A stretch of DNA of 32,000 nt. It comes from Nitrosopumilus maritimus SCM1. Lineage in GTDB: Archaea; Thermoproteota; Nitrososphaeria; Nitrososphaerales; Nitrosopumilaceae. The translations under genes and the position numbers were made by a program. Shown in pieces: positions 18,746 to 27,972 of the stretch. The notes under the pieces were generated by a model, which did not search any database, was not told the DNA's origin, and saw nothing but the letters and a program-made list of their open reading frames with translations. Numbering within the stretch: the first letter of the stretch is position 1; each line of letters opens with the position of its first letter. The stretch is taken from NCBI RefSeq assembly GCF_000018465.1, contig NC_010085.1:120001-152000 (forward strand), given 5' to 3'.

Positions 18746-19729
18746 TTAATATTGACTTGATGGGTGTTGTTTGTGATATTCTATATCATGGTCCATCATT
18801 TTTTTAACTAATTCTTTAAAACTTGTTTTTGGCTCCCAATTCAGATTTTTTCTTGCTTTAGATGCATCCCCAACAAGATCTTCTATGTCTGTTGGTCTCA
18901 TTAGAGATTCATCAATTTCGACAAATTCATGCCAATCTCCTAATCCTGCATATTCTGATGCTATATCTAAAAACTCCTTAATTGAATGGGATTTACCAGT
19001 TGCAATGACATAGTTGTCTGGCTCTTTTTGTTGTAACATAAGCCACATGGCTTCAACATAATCTCCTGCAAAACCCCAATCTCTTTTTGCATTAATATTT
19101 CCCAAATGTAATTTATCTAATGTATTAAATTTGATTTTTGATAATGCATAGGTAATTTTTCTTGTAACAAATTCAAGGCCTCTTAAAGGAGATTCATGAT
19201 TAAATAAAATACCACAACATGCAAAAATATTGTAAGCTTCTTTATAATGATTTGTCATGTGGTGACCAAATACTTTTGCTGCTCCATACGGACTTCGTGG
19301 TCTAAATGGGGATTCTTCATTTTTTATTCCAGGATAATTTCCATACATTTCACTAGATGAAGCTTGATAAAATTTTGCATCTGGAACATTTTCTCTAATT
19401 GCTTCTAATACTCTTAAAACACCAAGACCTGTTATATCTGAAGTTAAAACTGGTTGTTGAAAAGAGGCTCCAACAAATGATTGAGCTCCTAAATTGTATA
19501 TCTCATCAGGTTCTGATTGTTTAATTGCAGCTTGAACTGATCCATAATCTGATAAATCCGCTTTTATGTCCGTCACTTTGTGAAAAATCTCCATTTCTTC
19601 TAATCTTTCAAAACATCTATGACTAGTTCTTCTAAACGTGCCAAACACATTGTATCCTTTCTTAAGCAAAAAATCCGCTAGATATGTGCCATCTTGACCC
19701 GTTAGTCCAAAAATCAACGCATTTTTCAA
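18746..19729 (-). CDS. gmd: GDP-mannose 4,6-dehydratase
   Basis: ALIFGLTGQDGTYLADFLLKKGYNVFGTFRR; YNLGAQSFVGASFQQP; YQASSSEMYG; SPFRPRSPYGAAKVFGHH; GILFNHESPLRG; GNINAKRDWGFAGDYVEAMWLMLQQ. Confidence 0.95.
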   Translation of the reverse strand: MKNALIFGLTGQDGTYLADFLLKKGYNVFGTFRRTSHRCFERLEEMEIFHKVTDIKADLSDYGSVQAAIKQSEPDEIYNLGAQSFVGASFQQPVLTSDITGLGVLRVLEAIRENVPDAKFYQASSSEMYGNYPGIKNEESPFRPRSPYGAAKVFGHHMTNHYKEAYNIFACCGILFNHESPLRGLEFVTRKITYALSKIKFNTLDKLHLGNINAKRDWGFAGDYVEAMWLMLQQKEPDNYVIATGKSHSIKEFLDIASEYAGLGDWHEFVEIDESLMRPTDIEDLVGDASKARKNLNWEPKTSFKELVKKMMDHDIEYHKQHPSSQY

Positions 19730-20547
19730 TTTACTATCAACCCTGCCTCTGTAATACTCTCTAGAAACTGCCTAAAACCTTTTCCACCATTTTCATGGCC
19801 TTTCCATACTTCTATCGCAAATCCCTTATCTTTATGATTATTTAACATTGGAATAATTTTATCAAATTCCATATTTCCCTCTCCATATTGTAACCCTTCT
19901 CCATCTATATCATCTGCATCTGATAAATGGAAATGATCAACTCTTTTTTCAATTATCTTTAATTGATCTATTAGAGAAATTTGTTTAGTATTACAATACA
20001 GTTGTGCGTGACATAAATCATAGCAAACATTTAGACCCAATTTTTCACAATATTTTTCCATATCATTTGCGTCAAGAAAAACATTTGAATGCCATCTTCC
20101 TCCAAAAAACCAAGCATACGGAGGCATATTCTCCATTAAAAAATTCACTTTACTAATATCCAATTTTTCCACTGCATCAAACATACCATTTTTCATTTTT
20201 TCTTTATCTTCTATGCTAAGTTCAGATAATGAATATCCTCCAGGGTGTACAATTATAGATGGTTTGCCTTGAAATTGTTCATTTAATGACACTGTTTTAT
20301 CAATTGCCTTTTGAATCAATTCAATAGTCTTTTCTTGAGAATGAATTTGGTTTGTTTCTCCAAAACTAACTATATCCAACAATTTTCGCTCAAAATATTC
20401 ATAGCAATGAACAATTAATCTTTGATCAAATTTTTGATCTAATTCTAAATTTAAATCACTATCAGAAAAATGAAATTCTAAAATTTTTGGATTGAATGCC
20501 AACATATCATCCAAATCTTGTTTTCTAACTTTCATTCCTAAAATCAT
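19726..20547 (-). CDS. Xylose-isomerase-like TIM-barrel protein (sugar phosphate isomerase/epimerase)
   Basis: NFLMENMPPYAWFFGG; GLNVCYDLCHAQLYCN; VDHFHLSDADDIDGEGLQYGEGNMEF; FAIEVWKGH. Confidence 0.85.
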   Translation of the reverse strand: MILGMKVRKQDLDDMLAFNPKILEFHFSDSDLNLELDQKFDQRLIVHCYEYFERKLLDIVSFGETNQIHSQEKTIELIQKAIDKTVSLNEQFQGKPSIIVHPGGYSLSELSIEDKEKMKNGMFDAVEKLDISKVNFLMENMPPYAWFFGGRWHSNVFLDANDMEKYCEKLGLNVCYDLCHAQLYCNTKQISLIDQLKIIEKRVDHFHLSDADDIDGEGLQYGEGNMEFDKIIPMLNNHKDKGFAIEVWKGHENGGKGFRQFLESITEAGLIVN

Positions 20548-21593
20548 AAATCATCATCCTGAAGATAGTCATTTCTTTTAATTTCTCTTTTTGATTTTTT
20601 TCCTAAAATTTCATAATAATATTGTGGAGAAAGTCCTTTAGCTGGACCTTTTATTGCTAAATTATTTTCAGAAAATATTTCATCTTTTTTAATATCATTT
20701 TTTGCAGTAATGCTTTTGCCTAAAACCTCTTTCTGTAAAATTTCTCCCCTGGTCATTTTTTTTATGGGCTTTCCTTTTGCTTTTTCAGCTTCCCTGATAT
20801 CTTTTACTAGTTTTTTAAACTCATCTGGTTCTAATGATGCTGCTTGATCTAAACCTTCCATGGTTTTGTCTAATGTGATATGCCTTTCAACAATTATTGC
20901 TCCTAACATAACTGCAGCTAACGTGCTTACAATCCCTGGTTCATGGCCACTGTAACCAATCAAAACTTGAAATTTTTCTTTTAAGAGTGAAATTAGTTCA
21001 AGATTTAATGTTTCAACTGGAGCTGGATATGTGCTATTACAATGAAGTAAAGCAAATTTGGCATTTTTTTCTTTCATAAAAGAAACTGTTTTTTCTATTT
21101 CATTCATGTTTGACATGCCAGTTGATACAATCAATGGTTTACCTGTTTGAATTAGACTTGATATCAAAGGAAAATTTGTCATATCTGCAGATGCTATTTT
21201 GTAAGCTGGAAGATCAAATTTTTCCAAAAATTCCACACTTGGAATATCCCAAGGTGTGCAAAGAAATGTAATGTGTTTTTCTTTGCAGTACTCGGTTAAT
21301 TCTTTATATGCATCATCATCAAATTCAACTTCATTTAAAACATCTAGAAGAATTTCTAATCCTTGACTTTCAATGTTTGGATCTTTTAGAACATCTTCTC
21401 GATAAATATCATTTAGAGATCTTTTCTGAAACTTTACTGCATTTGCCCCCGCATCTACTGCAACATCAATTAATTTTTTAGCAGTTGTTATGTTGCCGTT
21501 ATGATTGATTCCTATTTCTGCAATGATATATGCAGGTTCTTTAGTGCTTATCCTGTCCTTTCCAATTACTATATCATTTTCATGCTCTGCCAT
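20544..21593 (-). CDS. neuB: NeuB-family nonulosonic acid synthase with SAF domain (second paralogue)
   Basis: AYIIAEIGINHNGNITTAKKLIDVAVDAGANAVKFQKR; CTPWD; LLHCNSTYPAPVETLNL; IGYSGHEPG; VERHITLDKTMEGLDQAASLEPDEF; SITAKNDIKKDE. Confidence 0.93.
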   Translation of the reverse strand: MAEHENDIVIGKDRISTKEPAYIIAEIGINHNGNITTAKKLIDVAVDAGANAVKFQKRSLNDIYREDVLKDPNIESQGLEILLDVLNEVEFDDDAYKELTEYCKEKHITFLCTPWDIPSVEFLEKFDLPAYKIASADMTNFPLISSLIQTGKPLIVSTGMSNMNEIEKTVSFMKEKNAKFALLHCNSTYPAPVETLNLELISLLKEKFQVLIGYSGHEPGIVSTLAAVMLGAIIVERHITLDKTMEGLDQAASLEPDEFKKLVKDIREAEKAKGKPIKKMTRGEILQKEVLGKSITAKNDIKKDEIFSENNLAIKGPAKGLSPQYYYEILGKKSKREIKRNDYLQDDDL

Positions 21594-21649
21594 TTAACCA
21601 AATGAAAATTATTGACTATTTTAAGGTGATTTTACCTTTTTTTCAAAAG

Positions 21650-21660
21650 GGATATTTAAC
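21650..21660 (+). promoter_or_regulatory. Candidate BRE/TATA element for the leaderless gene at 21684
   Basis: GGATATTTAAC lies ~28-32 nt upstream of the ATG at 21684, the spacing expected for a leaderless archaeal promoter. Confidence 0.45.
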
Positions 21661-21683
21661 ACTCGTAAAATTAGAATTTAGTC

Positions 21684-22691
21684 ATGCAAATTTTAGTAGT
21701 GGGTCTAGGCTCTATGGGAAAACGAAGAATTCGTTGTTTACAAAAACTTGGTTTAAAAAATATTATTGGATTTGATCCAAGACAAGATAGACGAGATGAA
21801 TCTGAAAAACTTTACAAAATTTCAACAGTACCCACAATCAATGATGGCTTAAAACTTAATCCCAAATGTATGATCATCTCTACCCCTCCTGATCTTCATT
21901 ACAAATATGCATTAGTTGCAATGAAAAATAAAATTCATTTTTTCACAGAAGTTAATTTGTCTTCAAATGATGTACAAAAAATTATCAAAAAACTAAATGG
22001 GTTGTCTATATTGGGATTACCTTCAAATACTTTAATCTATCATCCATTGATTAAAAAATTAAAAACTCTAATATCAAAAAACCAAATTGGTAAAACACTA
22101 ACCGTTTATCATCATTTTGGACATTATCTGCCTAATTGGCATCCTTGGGAAGATTATAGGGATTTTTATGTTTCAAAGCGACAAACTGGAGCTGCAAGAG
22201 AAATCGTTCCCTTTGAATTAGTTTGGTTATCGTACATTTTTTCAAGTATAAAATCTGTTTATGGAAGTATTCACAAAGTATCCTCTCTAAAAACAGATAT
22301 TGATGATCTCTATCAAGCAATTATTGAATTTTCAAACGGAATTCAATGCATTTTGGTGATTGATGTAATTTCTGACCCAGCTTTTAGTGAAACTAAGATC
22401 ATAGGCGAAAAAGGTGTTATACTATGTAATCATAATGAAGGTATTTTGAAGATTGGAAAATCATCAAAATGGAAAACTACAAAAATTGAATCTGGTGAAG
22501 TTGCAAAAGGATACAAAGGAAATACTCCTTCAGAATCTCTTTATGTTGCAGAAATAAAAAATTTCTTAGATTCGATTAAACAAAAGAAAAAACCAAATTA
22601 TACTTTTGTAGAAGAATTGAGAATTTTAAAAGTTTTAGATGCAATAGAATTGAGTAATAGAAAGTCCAAAAAAATTGTAATTAAAAAATGA
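21684..22691 (+). CDS. Gfo/Idh/MocA family oxidoreductase
   Basis: ILVVGLGSMGKRRIRCLQKLGL; MIISTPPDLHYKYALVAM; FFTEVNLSS. Confidence 0.87.
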   Translation: MQILVVGLGSMGKRRIRCLQKLGLKNIIGFDPRQDRRDESEKLYKISTVPTINDGLKLNPKCMIISTPPDLHYKYALVAMKNKIHFFTEVNLSSNDVQKIIKKLNGLSILGLPSNTLIYHPLIKKLKTLISKNQIGKTLTVYHHFGHYLPNWHPWEDYRDFYVSKRQTGAAREIVPFELVWLSYIFSSIKSVYGSIHKVSSLKTDIDDLYQAIIEFSNGIQCILVIDVISDPAFSETKIIGEKGVILCNHNEGILKIGKSSKWKTTKIESGEVAKGYKGNTPSESLYVAEIKNFLDSIKQKKKPNYTFVEELRILKVLDAIELSNRKSKKIVIKK

Positions 22692-24052
22692 AACCAAATA
22701 TACTGTTTTTAGTTGTAGACTCTTTACGTTCGGATAAATTTTATGGAGAATCTAAAACATCAATTACTCCGAACCTTGATTCTCTTTTAGAAAACGGAGT
22801 TTATTTTTCTCAGGCAATTAGTTCTGTACCTTCAACATCTCCATCAATGGGAAGTATATTCACTGGACTGTTTCCAATAAAAATTGGAATGGGACCTGAA
22901 TCCTATGAAAAATTAAATCCAAATGTTTCTACTTTTATAGAACATTTTAAAAAAAATGGATATTCAACTTTTGCAACTACTTCAGAGATCAATTCATTTT
23001 TGGGATTAACCGAAGATTTTGATCTGACTCTTCAACAGACTTCTCATAATAATTATTTCAGCCTATTTTCTGGATTGGGGGAAAAAATTACTGAAAAATT
23101 ACGTACTATGAAAAAAGAACCTTGGTTCTTTTATATTCATATTAATGATTTACATCAACCCGTTATTGTACCTGAAAAATACTCTGAAGAAAAATTTGGA
23201 ATAACAGATTACGAAAAAATGCTTTCAGCAATAGATTTTTGGATTGGAAAATTTTTTGAACAAATAGATTTTTCAAAAACTCTAGTAGTTTTAACTGCAG
23301 ATCATGGTGAATATGTTCGCTCACTCCAAATTGATGGAAAAATGATCAATCTTGAATCAAGCTCATCTGAAAAGACCTTGTGGAAGTTGGGGAATAAAAT
23401 TCCCAATTTTCTTTATGGGCCAAAAAGAAAATTATCTTCAATATTACAAAAAACTAGAGATAAAAATCGTCAAAAGAAAATTGAAGAACTTGATCTTTCT
23501 GAATATGAAAAAAGAGTATTATCAATGTCTAGAATGAGTTCAGGTTCTCATGTTTTTGATGATGTGTTAAAAGTTCCATTAGTTTTCAAAGGATTCCCGA
23601 TAAAAAACCCAAAACTAATTTCCCAACAAGTTGGCTTGTTGGACATCTTTCCCACTATTACAGATCTTATTGAAATTCCAAAGATTAATGCAAAAATTGA
23701 TGGTAATAGTTTGTATCCATTGATTCAAAATGAAAAAATTGATGAAAAACCATTATTTATTCAAAGTATGCCGTCAATATCTGATGATAATCTAATTCTT
23801 GTTGGAATTAGAACAAACTCTTTCAAATATTTTCGTGAAAAGAACAACAAAAAGAAAAACAAACTTTTTGATTTGGCAAATGATCCCTTAGAAGAAAAAG
23901 ATATCTCTTCTCAAAAACCAGAGATTGTTTTAAAAATGGAAAAAATTCTCCAAGAATATCTGATCACTGAAAATAATTTTTCTCCAGACTCTTTACAGAA
24001 TGATGAAAGAAAGAAAGTTGAAGACGAATTAAAAAAACTGGGATATCTTTAA
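22688..24052 (+). CDS. Alkaline phosphatase/sulfatase superfamily protein; Thr at the nucleophile position (not a canonical Cys/Ser-type sulfatase)
   Basis: NILFLVVDSLRSDKF; SSVPSTSPSMGSIFTGLFP aligns TSPSM to C/SxPSR; VVLTADHGEYV; FKGFPI...LLDIFPTITDLI; C-terminal LFDLANDPLEEKD. Confidence 0.85.
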   Translation: MKPNILFLVVDSLRSDKFYGESKTSITPNLDSLLENGVYFSQAISSVPSTSPSMGSIFTGLFPIKIGMGPESYEKLNPNVSTFIEHFKKNGYSTFATTSEINSFLGLTEDFDLTLQQTSHNNYFSLFSGLGEKITEKLRTMKKEPWFFYIHINDLHQPVIVPEKYSEEKFGITDYEKMLSAIDFWIGKFFEQIDFSKTLVVLTADHGEYVRSLQIDGKMINLESSSSEKTLWKLGNKIPNFLYGPKRKLSSILQKTRDKNRQKKIEELDLSEYEKRVLSMSRMSSGSHVFDDVLKVPLVFKGFPIKNPKLISQQVGLLDIFPTITDLIEIPKINAKIDGNSLYPLIQNEKIDEKPLFIQSMPSISDDNLILVGIRTNSFKYFREKNNKKKNKLFDLANDPLEEKDISSQKPEIVLKMEKILQEYLITENNFSPDSLQNDERKKVEDELKKLGYL

Positions 24053-24139
24053 ACACTAAATTTTTTCATGTACTAATTTCTATTATATGTGAGATTTATA
24101 CCAAGAATATAATAGGTAGAAATTATTAAAAAAATTACG

Positions 24140-25516
24140 TTGATGGAAAAAAAGATTGATTTCAAGCCTGATTCTTATTTGATTCGTTCTGGAAACAATT
24201 TTTTGGGAATTTTAAATGATATTAAACGAAGACCAGAAGATGCTGCAAATGAATTGGGTGTTTCTATTGAAGAAATTAACTCAATAATTTCTGGAAAGCA
24301 AAAAATCTCCCCATCTTTAATTGAAAAAGCCGTAAATATCTGGCCAGTTAATGAAAGAGATTTCTATATTGTTTCCGATGATTGTTCTTCTGGAATCTTA
24401 ATTATGACTTCTCAAGATTCAATCAAATCATCTCGCATTATGGAAAGAGCTGGAAAACCATATTATGAATATCGAGATACTGCTATGAGCAAAACTGCTC
24501 CTTTTAGGCCTGAATGGATTTTGGAATTATGCAAAGTTGAAAATAATGACCCTGAAAATCCAAAAGCGCAATGGAATAATGGACATTTCATGCATCAATT
24601 TACATATTTTATCGGAGAAGTAAATTTCTATTACAAAGATCCTGAAGGAAAAAAACATGTCGCAATTATGAATACTGGTGATTCAATGTATATTACTCCA
24701 TTTACTCCTCACACCTTTACTACAAGAGATGGTGCATCTCAAAATGGTTTAATTTTAGCATTAACTTATGGGAGTAAACTTACTGGTGATATTCAGCAAG
24801 AATTGTCGTCATTATCGCTTGATTGTGGAAGTCAATATGCATTAGATTTTACTAATCACGAAAATGCCAGTTTATCATTATTAGAATATTATTTTGAATT
24901 ATCAAATCTGACTAAAGAAAAATTTGCAAAACGAACAAACTTTTCTATGGAAACACTTGCTGATTTCTTTACAAAAAAGAAATTACCAACTTTTGATGAA
25001 CTTAAGATTATTGCTAAAGCTCTAAATGTAAATTCTAGAGATTTAATGCCTAATGATTTGACTGAATCTAAAGTTATTGTAAAAACTCATGATCAATGTG
25101 ATCATTGGAAATACCCTGAATCTGGAAATTATGAATTTTACGAACTTGCATCAACCACCGCTTTGCCTCACTCCAAAGCATTTGAAATTGATGTTTCATC
25201 ATCAGAAGATCTCAATCTTGATCTGAAAGTTGGATTACATCAATATGTGTATAATATTGGCGATTCTGCACTGACAATTAATTGGAATTATGAGAATAAA
25301 ACATATCAGAAATCATTGAATCCTGGCGATTCTGCTTATATCAAACCTTTTGTTCCTCACAATTTCCGTGGAAATGGCAAAATTCTAATTTTGAGAATTG
25401 GTGGAAAAATTTCTGGTGATTCACAACGAGAATTATCATTTGTAGGAAGGGAAAATACTCAACGAGCAATTTCTGAAACAATGCAATGGTTTGATCCAAA
25501 AGGTTCAAACTCTTAA
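24140..25516 (+). CDS. mpnS: Methylphosphonate synthase (HEPD/MPnS family, two cupin/HTH-like repeats)
   Basis: NNGHFMHQFTYFIGE...GDSMYITPFTPHTFTTRDGASQNGLILALTYGSKLTGDIQQELSSL and a second repeat GDSAYIKPFVPHNFRGNGKILILRIGGKISGDSQREL. Metal-ligand pattern His-x3-Gln...His (H149, Q153, H191 here; H148/Q152/H190 if translation starts at ATG 24143), where HEPD has Glu. Confidence 0.92.
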   Translation: MMEKKIDFKPDSYLIRSGNNFLGILNDIKRRPEDAANELGVSIEEINSIISGKQKISPSLIEKAVNIWPVNERDFYIVSDDCSSGILIMTSQDSIKSSRIMERAGKPYYEYRDTAMSKTAPFRPEWILELCKVENNDPENPKAQWNNGHFMHQFTYFIGEVNFYYKDPEGKKHVAIMNTGDSMYITPFTPHTFTTRDGASQNGLILALTYGSKLTGDIQQELSSLSLDCGSQYALDFTNHENASLSLLEYYFELSNLTKEKFAKRTNFSMETLADFFTKKKLPTFDELKIIAKALNVNSRDLMPNDLTESKVIVKTHDQCDHWKYPESGNYEFYELASTTALPHSKAFEIDVSSSEDLNLDLKVGLHQYVYNIGDSALTINWNYENKTYQKSLNPGDSAYIKPFVPHNFRGNGKILILRIGGKISGDSQRELSFVGRENTQRAISETMQWFDPKGSNS

Positions 25517-25546
25517 TTTTAATTATAGTTATCTAAATTTCATTTT

Positions 25547-26671
25547 ATGGCAAAAGAAAATTTGATCATCATAATGATTGATGGTGGAAGATTTGATTAT
25601 GGTTTAAATTCAAAAGTTTTTCAGGAAGTAGAAAAAACTTCAGTATTTTTTTCAAATTCTATAACTTATGGGCCCCATACAATTGCTGCAATGCATGCAG
25701 TATTTAGTGGATGTTATGGAACTAGAACAGGAACAAACAGTTATTGGTCTACATATGATTTTAAAAAAGAAAGTTTTGTCACACTCACTGAATATTTGTC
25801 TTCTAATGGATATTTTACATCTGCAGATCTGATTAATGAGTTAGTAGTTCCTAAACAAGGATTTGATGAATATATCGTACATGATGAAATTAATGACGAT
25901 TTAACTTTAAGACACAAAAAAATCTTATCAAAAATTCAAACTAAAAATCAAAAGGGTCAACCATCTTTTCTTTATTTACATTATAGTAAAATTCACACAG
26001 GTATAATGAATGAGGTCTTAAAAAAATATGATAATTTTAGTGACGAATTCTTTGATAATCCTGATCAAAACAAAAATAGATATGAAAAATTATTTATTTC
26101 TGCTGAAAATTATTTAAAAACAATTTTAGAAGAAATTAAAAAACTAGGATTGGATGATAATTCTCTTATTCTAATTATGTCTGATCATGGTGTAAGTGTA
26201 GGTGAAAAATTTGGTGAACGAGCTTATGGAGCATTCTGTTATGATTACACGTTAAAAACAATCACCCATTTCATTTCAAAAAAATTTCAATCAAAAAGAA
26301 TTACACAGCAAGTACGCACAATAGATTTCATGCCTACAATTTTACAATTTTTAAAGATCCCATTAGATAATACCAAAGAACCATTAGACGGGGTTTCTTT
26401 GATGCCCTTGATCAATAACAAAAAAATTGATGAACAATTTGCCTATTCTGAAACAGGTAATCCTCTAAAAGAAAAACAACCTCCAAAAATTCCAAATGTT
26501 ATGTCTATTCGTAACTCAAATTGGAAACTAATATACAATTTACACAATGATTCCAAAGAAATGTACAATTTGCTTGAAGATCCGTTAGAATTAAAAAATT
26601 TGATTGGAACAAATAACGAAATTGAATCCATGCTTTGGAATGAATTACTCAAAATCCAACAATCTAACTAA
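25547..26671 (+). CDS. Alkaline phosphatase/sulfatase superfamily protein; Thr at the nucleophile position
   Basis: LIIIMIDGGRFDYG; YGPHTIAAMHAVFSGCYGTRTG; LILIMSDHGVSVGEKFGERAYG; TIDFMPTILQFL; NLLEDPLELKNLI. Confidence 0.85.
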   Translation: MAKENLIIIMIDGGRFDYGLNSKVFQEVEKTSVFFSNSITYGPHTIAAMHAVFSGCYGTRTGTNSYWSTYDFKKESFVTLTEYLSSNGYFTSADLINELVVPKQGFDEYIVHDEINDDLTLRHKKILSKIQTKNQKGQPSFLYLHYSKIHTGIMNEVLKKYDNFSDEFFDNPDQNKNRYEKLFISAENYLKTILEEIKKLGLDDNSLILIMSDHGVSVGEKFGERAYGAFCYDYTLKTITHFISKKFQSKRITQQVRTIDFMPTILQFLKIPLDNTKEPLDGVSLMPLINNKKIDEQFAYSETGNPLKEKQPPKIPNVMSIRNSNWKLIYNLHNDSKEMYNLLEDPLELKNLIGTNNEIESMLWNELLKIQQSN

Positions 26672-26672
26672 T

Positions 26673-27416
26673 TTATTTAAATAATTCTTCAGCTCTGTTT
26701 AGATCCTGTTTTGTATCAATTTCACACCATTTACCTGAAATGAATATTGGTGAAACTTGAATTGAATTATTAATTAATTCTTGAATCATATCTGTTAGAT
26801 ATCCTTTTTCTAAAGAAACTGCATTATGGAATTTTCCCGTATGGTTTTTTTGTAAGTAATCAATTTTTTCTAAAAATACTTTTGTTCCATGTTCACTCAT
26901 TTTTATAATTCCTAGAAATTCCCCAACAATATTTGAAGTACTTTGAATATTCTTTTTAATTTCAACAATGTTATTTTTTTTATCTAACAATACATTCTCT
27001 GCTTCAGAAAATGGATGTTCTGTTCTCCCTTCATAAGATTTTTTCCAGTCTAAATCAATTGCAATAGCAATATCTTTTGTTGTGTTAAGTATTTGATGAA
27101 TAATATTTTCATCAAAAATTATATCCGAATACAAAATTATTACTTCTCCTTGTAAGAAATTTTTAGCCACCATCAAACTTCCTAAAATATCATGCTTTTC
27201 ATTTTCAAAATCTTTGACTATTTTCATTCCTTTATTATCAAATTGATTATGTTTTCCTGAAATAACTATGATTTCTGAAATATTATTTGATTCAAATGCT
27301 TTAATTTGTCTCTCTAAGATAGTTTTTCCATTTACAGGAATTAGTGATTTTGGAATTTCTTTAAATTCTTTCGAAATTCTTTGACCTTTTCCTGCTGCAA
27401 TTATGATTACTTTCAT
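26673..27416 (-). CDS. Sugar-nucleotide/phosphocholine/phosphonate-type nucleotidyltransferase (LicC/PntC-like)
   Basis: MKVIIIAAGKGQRI...KEIPKSLIPVNGKTILERQIKAF; ILGSLMVAKNFLQGEVIILYSDIIFD; EFLGIIKMS; GKWCEIDTKQDLNRAEEL. Confidence 0.85.
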   Translation of the reverse strand: MKVIIIAAGKGQRISKEFKEIPKSLIPVNGKTILERQIKAFESNNISEIIVISGKHNQFDNKGMKIVKDFENEKHDILGSLMVAKNFLQGEVIILYSDIIFDENIIHQILNTTKDIAIAIDLDWKKSYEGRTEHPFSEAENVLLDKKNNIVEIKKNIQSTSNIVGEFLGIIKMSEHGTKVFLEKIDYLQKNHTGKFHNAVSLEKGYLTDMIQELINNSIQVSPIFISGKWCEIDTKQDLNRAEELFK

Positions 27417-27423
27417 GAATATT

Positions 27424-27972
27424 CTATAATGATTTTTTTACTCTATCTCTAATATCTTTAGGTTTCCAGATTACTCTTTTGCTTCTTTCTTTACTTGTAG
27501 AAATTTTTACCAACAAAAAGATCGGTCCATTGAGTCTCTTAATTTTTTTCAACATACTTTCTAATTGATTTTTGGATTTAGCTGTAAATGTTGTGTAGTT
27601 ACCAATTTTTGCAATTTTTTCTAAATGAATTTTTGAAGAATTTGTAGGCTGACCTCCAGTTGATTCATGACTACTATTATCAAAAACTACATGGATCAAA
27701 TTTTTTGGTTTCATACTACCAATAGTTACAATTGAACCTAAATTCATCAAAATATTCCCATCTCCATCAAACACAAAAACTCGTTTTTTTGGATTTTTTA
27801 TTGCTAATCCTAATCCTATTGATGATGCCAATCCCATTGACCCGATCATGTAAAAATTTGATTCCTTATCACATACTTCAAACAAATCTCTACTCATAAA
27901 GCCATTAGCTGAAACAATTGGAGAATTTTTTATATTTCTAGCTATGGTTGCCACTGCTTCTTTTCTAATCAT
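27424..27972 (-). CDS. ppd: Phosphonopyruvate decarboxylase, TPP-binding (C-terminal/beta) subunit
   Basis: GSMGLASSIGLGLAIKNPKKRVFVFDGDGNILMNLGSIVTIGSMKPKNLIHVVFDNSSHESTGGQPT; GDGN TPP motif; next to the second subunit and PEP mutase. Confidence 0.87.
   Translation of the reverse strand: MIRKEAVATIARNIKNSPIVSANGFMSRDLFEVCDKESNFYMIGSMGLASSIGLGLAIKNPKKRVFVFDGDGNILMNLGSIVTIGSMKPKNLIHVVFDNSSHESTGGQPTNSSKIHLEKIAKIGNYTTFTAKSKNQLESMLKKIKRLNGPIFLLVKISTSKERSKRVIWKPKDIRDRVKKSL

Noticed and set aside
24140-25516. 2-hydroxyethylphosphonate dioxygenase (HEPD) rather than MPnS
   Set aside because: Gln occupies the His-x3-[E/Q]-type ligand position as in MPnS; HEPD uses Glu as I recall, though full alignment would be the decisive test.
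22688-26671. Annotation of both alkaline-phosphatase-superfamily proteins as true sulfatases
   Set aside because: The C/SxPSR motif is missing in both and Thr is at the nucleophile position, so a phosphoryl/phosphonyl role fits better.
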